Below, piece after piece: positions 23,942 to 35,023 of a DNA stretch of 64,000 nt. How positions within the stretch are numbered: the first letter of the stretch is position 1; the number at the start of each line of letters is the position of its first letter. The notes under the pieces are model-generated. The model made no database searches. It saw only the letters and a list, made by a program, of their open reading frames with translations, and was not told the origin of the DNA. Both the position numbers and the translations under genes were made by a program. The stretch comes from Piedraia hortae CBS 480.64 (lineage: Eukaryota), in the NCBI GenBank assembly GCA_010093745.1, contig MU005985.1, forward strand, positions 1 through 64,000. The letters are read 5' to 3'.

Positions 23942-24922
23942 TCACTCCACCCTATCCAACGCATCGTTGACTAGCTTCCACAACTTCTCCGTGTCCAAAC
24001 CACGAGGAATTTTGATACCTTTAACATCAGTTCCTTCAATAATCGTCCTCCCACATTGCTCGCCCTCCGTAACCACCTTGACTCTGTAGCCAGCCTCCCC
24101 AAAATCAAAGTAGCTGGGCCAAGCTGCCGTCGCAACCGCCAGCATGTCATGCACCGGCGGGCCTTCTTTAAATCCGAACACTTCGCTATAAGTTTTGGCA
24201 AAGAACTGCAAGATCCCTGCAAAAAGCTTTCTCGTTGGCGTCAAAGGCTTGGCAATTGCCGTTCGTATCTCTTCCGTAGCCAAGAACTGATGCGTCAAAT
24301 CCAGAGGGACAAGCACTGTTCTCTCGGCAAGCTCGCGGTTTGCGAAGACAGCAGAAGCAGCTTCTGGATCACAGTAGATATTGAATTCTGCCCACGCTGT
24401 CCAATTTCCACATCCTTCCAACGGGGCTGAGGTGAAGCCACCGCTCACGGCGCCGCCCATAATGCTCAAGCCTGCAATCTTCCCTGCAAGATCTGGAAAC
24501 TGGTGAAATAGTTTCGCAACATTTGTCAACGGCCCAGTGGCCACCAACCAGGCTGGCTCATTCGACTCAACCAAGGCAGTATGCATGGCCTCGACAGCGT
24601 CATGTTTCGCCTCGATTGTTGGTGTTGGCAAAATCATGTCCCCGTCTAATCCGCTGGTGCCATGAATACTCTCTGCCGCTTGGTAATGCTGTGCAGGACG
24701 CACCCACGGCTCCCGAGAACCAGTATGCACTTCCACTTCGCCCTCTCGTCCGATGGCTTTCAACACTGCCCGCGTGTTCCATGTTGTGCATTCCAGCGGC
24801 GCGTTGCCAAACACCGTGCTAACACCTAGACATTTGATATCTGCAGGGCTGTGCGTATACAACAAAAGGGCAAAGGCGTCATCATGACCCGTGTCGCAGT
24901 CCAGCCAAAGCGGTACAGGCAT
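23942..24922 (-). CDS. URH1: Inosine/uridine-preferring nucleoside hydrolase (uridine nucleosidase)
   Basis: WLDCDTGHDDAFA, IHGTSGLDG, ATGPLTNVA, AEFNIYCDPEAA, GPPVHD. Confidence 0.92.
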   Translation of the reverse strand: MPVPLWLDCDTGHDDAFALLLYTHSPADIKCLGVSTVFGNAPLECTTWNTRAVLKAIGREGEVEVHTGSREPWVRPAQHYQAAESIHGTSGLDGDMILPTPTIEAKHDAVEAMHTALVESNEPAWLVATGPLTNVAKLFHQFPDLAGKIAGLSIMGGAVSGGFTSAPLEGCGNWTAWAEFNIYCDPEAASAVFANRELAERTVLVPLDLTHQFLATEEIRTAIAKPLTPTRKLFAGILQFFAKTYSEVFGFKEGPPVHDMLAVATAAWPSYFDFGEAGYRVKVVTEGEQCGRTIIEGTDVKGIKIPRGLDTEKLWKLVNDALDRVE

Positions 24923-25328
24923 AGTCTGACACTGTCGTGTTGAGAATAAGGTTTCAAATTATGTCATCATGCTTATGGAGTTGAGAAGGCAGTGTCGTGT
25001 GTCGGGCAGGGTCAGATCTTATACCTTGGCCTCTGCGTGTTTTAGCGTTGTGTTACCTTCACGGAAGCTATATCAGCCCCATATCTGACTCTCTTCAAGC
25101 CCGGAGATACTGCAGTCACGAATAAGATCACCACGTCATAAACCTCCGTGTGCACCTTGAAGGCAAAGACGTGGTTACTTAGCTGTAAAATGCCACCGAC
25201 GATCAGGATTCCATCATAACTCAGCAAGCCTCAAGTACTTCGATGTCGTTCGTACCCCATTGTCTCGGGAAGATAAATTTGGGGGTCCAGCCCCGCAACT
25301 TGGTATGAAGAAGCTCATGTCTTTCAAC

Positions 25329-25552
25329 CAGGGTTGTTAAGAAAGTAAAATATCATAGGAATAAATAGTGGGGCTTTCAGGCATCAGCCACAGGCATCAT
25401 GGGCCGGCCCGACCCTGTGAACTATTGAAAGTTACTGTTTGAGGAAGATCAAACTTCGATTACATCAGCAGTTCCGCATAATCTCGGGTTGGATCGATAT
25501 GTGATGCCTGAAGAAGGTCCCACAGTTTATTCCTATTTACTTAAAAGCCCTG
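25329..25552. mobile_element. hAT-type MITE, 224 bp
   Basis: Termini CAGGGTTGTTAAG and CTTAAAAGCCCTG. Inner inverted blocks ATAGGAATAAA..TTCAGGCATCA and TGATGCCTGAA..TTTATTCCTAT. Flanks CTTTCAAC (25321-25328) and CTTTTAAC (25553-25560) form an 8-bp TSD with one mismatch. Confidence 0.85.
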
Positions 25553-25731
25553 CTTTTAACACGTCACTTTCTTCCACGACTTTGGAAAAGTCACTACTAC
25601 TCGGGAGATCACCGTAATGAGCATTACATGTGCCGGAACATGGGTAACCGTTTTCTCTTTGCTTTCATTATGAAATCAGAGGAAGAATTTCCTTCCATTC
25701 TTCCACCATAAACAGCTTCAAGGAGATCAAA

Positions 25732-26370
25732 ATGTCTACTACCCAAGCGATCTACTGGCTAAAACCGGCACAACAAGCGACAATTCTGTCCCCTTTTCTT
25801 GACCAATTCCTCCAAAACGCTTTGGAAAATCCTTGAAGCCGAGCCGCGGGATGAACAGCCATCCAAGACCAAAGAGAACGAGAAAGGATCCAAGCCCTGA
25901 AATTTCAAGTCTGGAGGTGACGAGGAAGAGGCGACCGACGCGGAGGAGGGGCTATCAGACGCTACATTCCGATGGTCATTGGAGCCCTGCATCGAGCCCT
26001 AGCGAAGGTAAAGCTATGTCAATCTATGGGGAGACCCTGGAAGACCTCCTGCGCGGTGTGCAGGTTCGTGTTGAAAATAGACTTCGACAGCGTTTGGAGA
26101 ACATCAAAGATCGTCTTGCTCGGGTTGCCCGGATTGAGATGGCTCATCTTGATGACCACTGCAGGGTTGTGAATGGATTCCGACAGCGCTTGGACAGCTC
26201 GAAGGGCACTTCGCTCGGGTTGAGACGGATTATCAACACAAGATTGAGAACAGGTTCCAGTCGCTTTGGCCAGTATTGAGGGGAATTTTGTGCGGGTTGA
26301 GATGGATCATCTGGATGATCACTACAAGATTGAGAATATACAGAATATGATTGACGACCTTCTGAAATAG
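25732..26370 (+). pseudogene. Frameshifted acidic/coiled-coil gene with internal degenerate repeats
   Basis: ATG at 25732 is soon interrupted. Coding-like pieces occur in several frames, with repeat units at 26130-26174, 26216-26251 and 26293-26337. Confidence 0.4.
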
Positions 26371-26744
26371 TTGCAGGATCTGCGCAAGCGTCATTCCGTC
26401 AGGGGTGGTTGGGACAGAGAGGTATGAGACTATAGATGGATTGATGTTCGTAGCGTAATTACAGAGTTAGGGGCAAGTTCTTGCAGAGGTTCTTATTTCC
26501 ACGATCATGGTGTAACCTTTTGAAGCGAATCATACCGCAGGAATGGGCCTTTTCGTCACAAATACCTCTATCCTGATATCCGTAGCGGTATTTCCACCCT
26601 TGGAGAAACGTGTACACCGTGCCATACTGAAGAAATATGTACATCCTAGGTCTCTATCAGCTCTTTCACTGTCTACCCGCCATCTTCAAGGCGATCAACC
26701 ACACATCATAGGCCCTTCCCTGCACCTCTCGCCCACAAAAGCCC

Positions 26745-27542
26745 CTAATCCACAAAGAAATAACAAATAACAACGCAGAACGCTAGGAACATACCAACAA
26801 GAAACAGAGCCACATTACCCTCCGTCTTCTCTACTCGTCGTTCCTGAGAAGTATCCCGTTTCGGTACCGGTCTCCTTCTAATTTCCACAGGGGTTATTTG
26901 TGTAACAATCTCCTCGACTTGAGCTTCAGTTCTTTGCTCGCCGCTAGGACACTCTTCATTCGCCAGCCCCTCTTCCGGCAACCTGCAAGTCGTCGCCACC
27001 TCACTCAAAACCCCCATCTCCTCCAATAACGAACCCCTCAGAGCAAACCCTCCCTTGTCCGGAACCTCATTCTCTCCCCTTAACACTCTCAGATGGTCAC
27101 CCTCCCCCGCCACCTTACAACTCCCCCTCCCCTGCGTAATATCCCCCAAAACGCCTCCACTCCGCGTCCTCGCCACCGCCTCTTTAGCCGCAATCTTCGC
27201 ATCGTCATCATTACATCTACGCGACCTTTTTACAAAAACCCTCTTATTCGAATCTATGAAACTGCGTTGTTTGGTCGCTTTCTGGAAGAACATGTTCAGT
27301 GGATGTTTTCTTCTGCTCGTTTCGAAGTGGATGGATGCTGCTGAGCGGGCATGCGGGTAGGATGAGCTGGTGGGCGGGTGGTGGGCGGGTGGGGTTTTGA
27401 GGAGGGAGGGAGAGGTGCTGGAAGTTGATGACATGATGCTTTGCAAGAGTGATGTGATTGGGTTGGTGATGGGAGGTTTGGTGGATGTAGTCAGCTTGTA
27501 AGTCGCGACTGCCACATGTAAGGGTTTTGAGGCATCTGGCAT
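26745..27542 (-). CDS. Hypothetical protein with a single C-terminal hydrophobic anchor
   Basis: 265-aa ATG ORF ending VALFLVGMFLAFCVVICYFFVD. No recognised domain; start uncertain. Confidence 0.5.
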   Translation of the reverse strand: MPDASKPLHVAVATYKLTTSTKPPITNPITSLLQSIMSSTSSTSPSLLKTPPAHHPPTSSSYPHARSAASIHFETSRRKHPLNMFFQKATKQRSFIDSNKRVFVKRSRRCNDDDAKIAAKEAVARTRSGGVLGDITQGRGSCKVAGEGDHLRVLRGENEVPDKGGFALRGSLLEEMGVLSEVATTCRLPEEGLANEECPSGEQRTEAQVEEIVTQITPVEIRRRPVPKRDTSQERRVEKTEGNVALFLVGMFLAFCVVICYFFVD

Positions 27543-27893
27543 TGGTCGCGCCGGGTGTGGGGATGGAGCTACGGAGTTTGGGATGTGTGTAGAGGGTAAG
27601 GGTGTGGGTTGGTCGGAAGGAAGGAAGGAAGAGGTGGTGAGTGTGTAACTGTCTACTCTGTATGCAAGGGAGGGCGTTGTACGCCTGGAAAGCAGGAGCT
27701 AGTAGTTCAGAGAGGCTGTGATGAGGACCAGGTTCTTGTTGTTGGTACCATAAGTATCGCCAAATGCCATTTTCTTTGACCTTTAATCCGCCATTTTGGC
27801 ACTAAATTGGACTGCATCAGGATTGGGACATTCAGGACCTCCTGGGAAAGGCGCAGGGATTGGAGTAAGTACGAAAGGTCTATGATTCAGAGC

Positions 27894-28470
27894 TTAAGGA
27901 ATAAAAACTTCCCCGTAAACAACGATATTAAATGTTCTTGGAGGATATGTGGGTCTCTCAAGTGACAGCTGCAAGACGACCAAGCTAGACACGTCAGTAA
28001 ACCGCGAAATGGCCACGCAAAGTTGACCGAAAGAGAAGCAGGACCGTCTATGGTCCAGCCCGATCGTGTCAAGGGACTGTCTTTGGGAATTGTGGATGGT
28101 TATCGCGAAGCAGGGCTTGATCGGAAACTGCTTACGTGTGATGATCCAGGGCAGCTCATCTTCATTACTTGACAACTTCGTGCAGTATAAAATTCCTTGA
28201 TTACCGTTGAATCCACTTCCACTGATCCGAGCCTCGATGCATCTGGGATGCAGCTGCGTGATCAACAACCTCAAAGCCCTCTCGGGTGAAAATTCCGCAT
28301 CAGCATGACAGATATCCCGATCTTCAAGCGAAGATGGGATGGAGGTTGGGATGAGATTGTCAAGCTGGCAAGAAATTCTGCTGTCAATTCGTGGATTGTT
28401 TCTGCATCATCACAGTCTGCTGAGTCAACCACGTCAATGAAGTGGGCCTCAACATTTCCCAGATCCATAT
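27894..28470 (-). mobile_element. Helitron-type PIF1 helicase C-terminal remnant
   Basis: PPSHLRLKIGISVMLMRN..GL, RKQFPIKPCFAITIHNSQRQSL, FSFGQLCVAISR, NIVVYGEVF. Frameshifted, with degenerate motifs. Confidence 0.85.
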
Positions 28471-28719
28471 GAGACATCCTAGCTTTCTGTTGTACAGGAT
28501 GCGGGAGTTGTTTTGCCTGTCGCCTCTTCGCCGGTTGCGCGCAACATCCCCGACATGTCGCCCATGGCGCCTTGGACTCACACAATCGGCACCTGAGTTT
28601 GAAGTTGAACTGCTCGTATGATTTTTGGCCAACTTCTTTGTTGTAAAAGCCAAAGTCGCAATATCTGTACCTTCTGAGGTCAGGGTTCCCCAACCAGCTC
28701 TATGGTTACTTAAAAATAG

Positions 28720-29200
28720 CCTGGCAGAGGTCCCAGCCAAATGGTGCTCTGTTAGTCTGAAAAGGCTTTTTGCACAGGCATGTAACGCTTTCAGCTACGG
28801 ATTGAAGAGTTGCCAATGTTGTAGTGGTCGATACCTTTGCGCGCGTCCTGTAGCGCAGCATACATAGACGGGCACGAATCGCGCTGAGCCGGATCCTGCA
28901 ATCCTCCGTTCTGTCGAGCAATCGCAGCGTCTGGTGACTGTTGCATCTGATGCTAGCCTTGTGGCCGGGATTGTGACCGATCTTGCCCGTTATTCTCTTT
29001 CAGGTATTCTCCGCAGCATTCGACAACGCTTTTAGCTCAGCCTTAGTAGGTGAGGTGGCTACACTCTTCTGCTTTCCGGCGCGCCATCCCACTGCTCCCG
29101 CGAAAAAGGGCTGAGGACATACCTTTCTGAGCCTAGTCTGGCTCGAGGATCGTCTGCAAATGCTGCGTCGCTCGCTGCCACAAGCACCCGCTTGTCGTAT
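28720..29200 (-). mobile_element. Ty1/copia RNase H remnant
   Basis: ASDAAFADDPRARLGSERYV and GAVGWRAGKQKSVATSPTKAELKALSNAA. Confidence 0.82.
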
Positions 29201-29519
29201 AACACTGTCATTGAAATGGGATATAAATGTGAATCTTCTCTCAAATACCAATGTAACCAGATACATTGCCGACACCCGAGGGTGAAAGTACGGGCGGCAA
29301 ACCACTACACGAGCAGAGACATGAACTAAGGCCTTGGCAACATTCTTGTAACTCCTGAGGGTTCTGTCGGCCTTGGACGAGTTAATAAGGGGGGTCCTCA
29401 TTCCTGTTGTGTATGGTTGAAACTTTGCCAAGGCCATAAAGGCCTCATGGATGAGCTCAAAAGACTCGCTCGGAGACCTACCTTGTAGGGTGGCGAGAAA
29501 ACTGCGTATTCTGACCAGA

Positions 29520-29985
29520 GCCATCCCCCCTCGGGCGTAGCAGCTCGTAGGAGCTGCAAACCTCAGACTTGTTTGTACCATTTAAGATGGGTGTCAACTC
29601 CATGCGTCTGGATTCACGGGAATACGGACGATCATGTGACGAACGGTTCGATCCATCCTGAGGCTGTATGTTGCTCGTGTTGGATCTGGTTGCGGATTCT
29701 TATTTGTTCCACTGGGGGTTGGTCTTGCTGTGGTGCGCGTTGGAGAGAATCCTCTCCCCTGGGTGGCATATACGGAATTGATGGTTAGTGACTCCTCTCC
29801 TCTGCCCAGAGTGATTGACGCCCAGTTCATGCCAACTTCTGGCGACCAATTGGGAAGGAGATGCTTCTTGATTATCAGAATTGCTGCTCCTCCGCCTCCT
29901 CATACCGTTCAGTACAGCCTAGGAGTCGCGCGTCTGGGGGCGTAGTTTACGCTTCCACGCAGGCCCCTGCAGTGCGATGACGTTT
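29520..29985 (-). mobile_element. LINE APE-endonuclease remnant related to the LINE at 9470-12790
   Basis: VIALQGPAWKR..GAAILIIKK..NWASITLGRGEESLTINSVY parallels IIAIQEPVWNR..GAAIVLINKK..NWTSITLGKG-EEAITVFSVY near 11020-11240. Confidence 0.7.
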
Positions 29986-31021
29986 TACGTCTTACGTCCA
30001 TTCAGTGCTGACCCCGTGAGGCCCACTGATGCCATCTCTCCTGGTTCCATTCTGTATCTGCTGGGGTTTCGATAATCATCTATTTCACGTTCTCGTGACA
30101 TCTTAAAGGTCATCTCAAAGTTGCCTGTGCTAAATACCTTGGCATTCAGCCCATTCCTTGGAGGCCCGTCCCTCCAGTGTGAGCACGTGGTGTTACTCAG
30201 ACTTGAAGGCGAAAGCGACAAGTCTATTTCGCACACATGCTTTCAAAGCGCATTACGTCAGTTGCGCATATGTTATGATGATACCAAAGGGTGGGTGTCT
30301 CTTTTCTATGAAGTTTTCTTTATGGTGTGGTATTCGGCACGACCCATCCTCATCCATGTAAACGTCACCCTTGTCACAGATTGAGTTGGTGATCACGCAA
30401 TGCAAAACCTCCATCTCGCGCTAGACAACTTCATAGTTTTCAACTTGTGCATGTATAATAAGGAGGAAACGCACATCCATACGACGTATAATTCCAAGTG
30501 AGATGATATGTGGATGAACTGCCTTGAAATATTATAGGTGACTAAGTTTGACAGAATGACAGACAGACGACAGCTGTCGGCAGGCACTAAATCATGACAC
30601 ATCACTTCTCCAGATTACCCTTGATCTCATTTCCATACTTGCATTGCATTCTCATAGAAGACAACGATTTGGTCCCCGACCATGTTGTACCTAACATATC
30701 GTGGGTCCCCAAGACCACATGCATCACCACTGTGTGCCCTAGTGTGAGGCCCGCTCAGGTAAGCGCCTCGTTGTTGCCGCCCCGCGCGAGGCAGCGCGCA
30801 CCCGGACGATTGTGTCGGGCACGCTTCTATTTTCGCAGTGATGCATGTGGTATCGAGGACCCATGCCGTACCTCGTACTTGTATAGCCCCAGAGGGCAGC
30901 TCCCCCACATTATCTCTATCGTCCCCAGAATGTCGGCTTCGTTCCGCGTCTTGCCGACCTTGCCTTGTACTTTGTGCAAGCAACCAAGGTTATCATTCTT
31001 TGGATAGCGTTGCAAGTTTGC

Positions 31022-32185
31022 TTAATGCTGTTGCTTACTCCCGTCCTGGGAATCAGCTTGGAATACGTCTTGGTCATCGTCGTCGGAATCTTCTTCATCA
31101 CCGTCTTGAAATATTTCCTCAAAATCGTTCCCGAGATCAAGCATGGCAGCACTTTGGGGTTGATCGTCACACCGCTCAAATGGGTCCACCCGCTCACGCA
31201 GAGGGAGGACGTCAAGTTCTGCTTGTAGTGAGAACCCCCAGAGTTTCTTAAGATTGCAAAAAAGGTTTATCCAATCTGACTCGTCCACGGCGAAGACCTT
31301 TTTGCGGAGCGGCCTGTCGCGTCCCAAAATCACCAGCGTAGACAGCTCGGTCAGCTGGTTGATACATGAGAGCGCGTGCTTGTTCAGCACCGCGTCAGCA
31401 AGGTTTTCATCATCGATCCGCAAGTACATAGTCTTCAGATCAGGTACTGTGCAGAGAGCGGCAAAGAACTCTGGCGACGCATTGGTGAGGGTGACATCAA
31501 CGTGATTCAAGCCGCTCCGCACACGAGCGTAAACGGAGGAGTCGCAGCTACCTAGCCGGCGGTTGGCAAGATCCTGCAGGAGGCACCAGTGCGAGGCCTC
31601 GCTGAGTTGAACAACCTCGATATTTGGTGTTAGAATTGTCGGATTTAGGATATAGGGTGTTTTATCGTCGCTGGAGAGGTATAGGTGCGCGTCTAGCGTT
31701 TTTAGCAGTGGCATCCGGCTCATGAACTTGGCCAGTTTGGAGACCAGAAGCTTGCCACGCTCGGGCTGTTCTACTCCGTCAACGACGTCCGCAGCGAGTG
31801 ATGCGGCATTGAAATCAAGGCATAGCGACCTCACGCGCGGGAACTCTACATCCGTTTCCGCGGGGCTTCCGTCTGCTTCAGTAACGCGCACAAGGTGCTT
31901 AATGCGGTCAGCATATATCTGCTTCCGGCCTGCAGGGACCTGATTTAGCTCGGTTAGACCGGCTGTAGACCATAGAACTTCGGTCCCCGCCTCAGCACAG
32001 TCGCGGCAGACCAGAGTAAAAGCGTACAACGAAGACCAGTCGTCTGCCAAGTATCTGGCAAACTTAAGCAACAGCTCCATTGGCATGTGAATGTTTTTGG
32101 ACTTAGCAAATGAGTTTTTCTTGGGCGTAATGCACTCAATGTCCATGTCTGTGGGACCGCGAACGCTGCGACGCGTCGACTCCAT
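31022..32185 (-). CDS. F-box-like / leucine-rich-repeat-like protein with acidic tail
   Basis: MPMELLLKFARYLADDWSSLYAFTLVCRDCAEAGTEVLW resembles an F-box. LRR-like segments FPRVRSLCL, MPLLKTLDA, VPDLKTMYL, LTELSTLVI. Paralog near 51.1-52.2 kb. Confidence 0.7.
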   Translation of the reverse strand: MESTRRSVRGPTDMDIECITPKKNSFAKSKNIHMPMELLLKFARYLADDWSSLYAFTLVCRDCAEAGTEVLWSTAGLTELNQVPAGRKQIYADRIKHLVRVTEADGSPAETDVEFPRVRSLCLDFNAASLAADVVDGVEQPERGKLLVSKLAKFMSRMPLLKTLDAHLYLSSDDKTPYILNPTILTPNIEVVQLSEASHWCLLQDLANRRLGSCDSSVYARVRSGLNHVDVTLTNASPEFFAALCTVPDLKTMYLRIDDENLADAVLNKHALSCINQLTELSTLVILGRDRPLRKKVFAVDESDWINLFCNLKKLWGFSLQAELDVLPLRERVDPFERCDDQPQSAAMLDLGNDFEEIFQDGDEEDSDDDDQDVFQADSQDGSKQQH

Positions 32186-33595
32186 TGGCGCAGGCAATGT
32201 ACAATCTCGAGCGAGAGTAAGAGCGAGTATGTTTGAAAATGTCATCAAGTGCGTTGTTTGGTAGTTGGGTGTGATGATGGGAGAAGTGTTGGTGTGAAAA
32301 AATCGGTACAACATCGGAGGTGTAGAATGCCAAGCATTTCAATTTTTCCGCATGGGCGAAAACATTGGACCACGGAAAACATGCGCATGAACGTAAGCTC
32401 ATAAGATCAGTAGGTTTAAATGCTATTTACATGATGTACACAATGTCCGCTTGCTTTGCGGAAGTCAAGTATCACCCAGCCGGGTGCGAGAGAATTGTGA
32501 TGATAAAATTCGGCCCCGTAAAGTTTTGCACGCCACGTAAGATGTTTAAGCGACGCAGTGCAAGTACGCGACATGCGACTCCATTTCTCCATCTTCATAT
32601 CCCGCCGCAGTCTATTGTATCGCTTCCCGTGAATCGTCTCCTGGAAGCATGCCCCTAATACTCACAAGACCACACGCCATCTACCACAACTGCGCCACGG
32701 AGACCCTTCTCCGTCATAGTGTCAAGTCCACGTGCTGGCACGCTTGTTAAAGGCTGCTCAGTCATCTCTATCACTCAAGTAGACATTTTTCCCCCTCTAT
32801 AGTCGACCGTCGACACCCCAACATCATCTCCACGCACCTGTACACACCTGGATACGGCTGATACACGATACAACATGCAGGATCTTTATGCCAGATCGCC
32901 CCGCTATCTCCAGATCAGCCTGTATACCCGTGCAGCGTGCCACCTTTCCTCGTTGCAGAACATATATTAGGTCCAACTCTCCTCTAGCCGACCTATCCAT
33001 TCCCTTCTGCTGAAAGAATCCTTCCTTCTCCTGTCAAAGATGCCCCGACTCTTCGTGCCGAGTCGTGAACCCGCGGCTCTAGCATCTTCATCAATGCAAG
33101 TCCGTCTCGCAGTGCGGTGATCCAGCGCTGCTACAGCATCACTAACCTCGTTGGAAAGCCCGCTTCGAGGGGAGGGAGGCATGGTGCCCAGACGGCCGGG
33201 CTGTAGTAAAGTAGCCGTACAATCATCAACAGTGACATGGGCAGAACAACCATTGGGTGCCACCCACCGCGATCTTTTACTTTGACAGCGAGCTTGAAGT
33301 AACGCTTTGATGCCGAACATGTCTAATCAACGACAGCGTTATCGCGGCAGGACTCGGAAGAGGTGTCGATGTCCTGTCAATCGTGTGTCAACGACATGTC
33401 ACTTGTCATGGGCGGATTGGCCGATGAATGGACAAATAAGGTTTCCTGGGGTACAGGGTTCTTAAACAAGGTTTCAGCGAGAGGTATAGAAAACTGGCGA
33501 GTTCTATGAGAGCGTGGTGACGCCATGGATTGTGTTGATCGTAGTTACAACGTAGAGCGCCGAATGGTTCGAGCACATTTCATAGGTATGTCTAG

Positions 33596-33968
33596 TCTGT
33601 AGCGATAGGGCTCTCGTGGACGAGAGTGCGAGCGGCCCGAACTAAGAGGACGAAGCGATAGACGGAGATTGATAAATGGACAGGACAGATGCAGATGGAT
33701 ATGAGTCAATACCAGTGTCGATATGACAGTGAATGACTATCTATCTCAATGAGGGGACGTCCAGAGCAAAAATTCTGTACCGGTGGGCCGGTGACGTCAC
33801 GCCGTACACTAGCAGGGCGCATTCGCCATGTCACATATTACATGACCCTGAGGAAAAAACTCTGTGAAGGAAAAAACCTAGGGTGCAGCTGGTAGTGTAG
33901 GAGGTATCGCTGACTTGCTATGCAAGTGCCCCGCATACGCGCTAGCAGCGATACTTGAATCCACCATT
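33596..33968 (+). repeat. Copy B of the ~360-bp repeat (inverted relative to 4477-4836); core at 33878-33968
   Basis: See copy A. Shared blocks include AATACCAGTGTCGATATGACAGTG and CCGGTGGGCCGGTGACGTCAC. Confidence 0.95.
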
Positions 33969-35023
33969 GTCAACGAATGTCGCCGCATGAAGCAAAGTGG
34001 CGCTCTTGTAGACTCGGGATGGCCTTTGTGTTTGAACACAATTCGCCTTCAAAACTCTCGTTAATGCTAAGGAGCAGCGCAATGCCTCCGAAAAGCTTCA
34101 TATAGTGAAGAAGCTACAATAGTTACATAACGACAATAACATGACGGAGACGCTGATACCTGAATCCACACATTGTGAAATATCCCTGCGAAGCCTATAC
34201 CATGCCGGGTATGACAGAATGGGAATGCGAAAAAAGAACGAATACCAAATTTTGTTTTGAAAGGGCTTACTCTGCCTCGGACCATACCTGCCGAAATCGC
34301 ATGCCAGCATGATCCAGCTTCAGGAGAAGTGTCCCTTGCTTGAAGGTTGAACCAACTGTAGTTGGTTCCAAAAAGTGCTGGTAGACGGTGGTTCATTGGA
34401 GAAGAGGGTCTGGGTCAGCGCGGCTGGCGAAGCATATCTCCCCCATTGGTCCTGTGGACACGGATTAGGCAAGAGATACTTGCGTGTGCCCGTTCTCTGG
34501 CGCTGTTGGTGCGATGCATGGGAGCTAGTATCATTAAATTCTCGCTCATCGACGTGAGTTAAAGATTTGGTCCGGGCGGGATGGAGCCTGTGAACCTTAC
34601 AGAGGGTGAAAGAGGAGAGAGATGCGAGAAAATAGAGAAGGTGGTCCCTGATGTGAAGTGCTTCTCTTTGGTGATGAGGCTGCCGCCTGATGAGCATATT
34701 TGTGGGTACGGGATCCTATCTTGGTTCAATTGAAAATGGCATGGGAGATTGGTCCCTGTGAAGGGATGCAGGAACTACAGTAGGGGAAAGATCTTCCCTC
34801 CAGAAATCGTGTACCTGAGGTTTGCTGTGGGCTTGATGTGAATAACCAAACGTGGGATTTGAATCACCTCATCAGGACTTTTGCTTGATGGCAGGTGGCT
34901 TGGAATATAACGTAATTGAATGTGGAAAAGATTGACACGCTAATTTCATGCCTGCCTGTAAGTCATTTGGTCATCAAAAAGTTACATGTTCTTGTCCTGA
35001 ACTACCCATACATCGTAAACGCC

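Noticed and set aside
27650..27890. Helitron 3' terminus
   Set aside because: A CTAG exists near 27700 but no GC-rich hairpin precedes it.
33881..33966. Canonical tRNA gene (A-box-like start, ends ..GAATCCACCA)
   Set aside because: No acceptor stem, no proper T-arm (TTC) and no U33 in the putative anticodon loop. Kept only as an unexplained structured element.
4477..33968. Starship-type giant element
   Set aside because: No DUF3435 tyrosine-recombinase captain at either end and no recognisable direct repeats.
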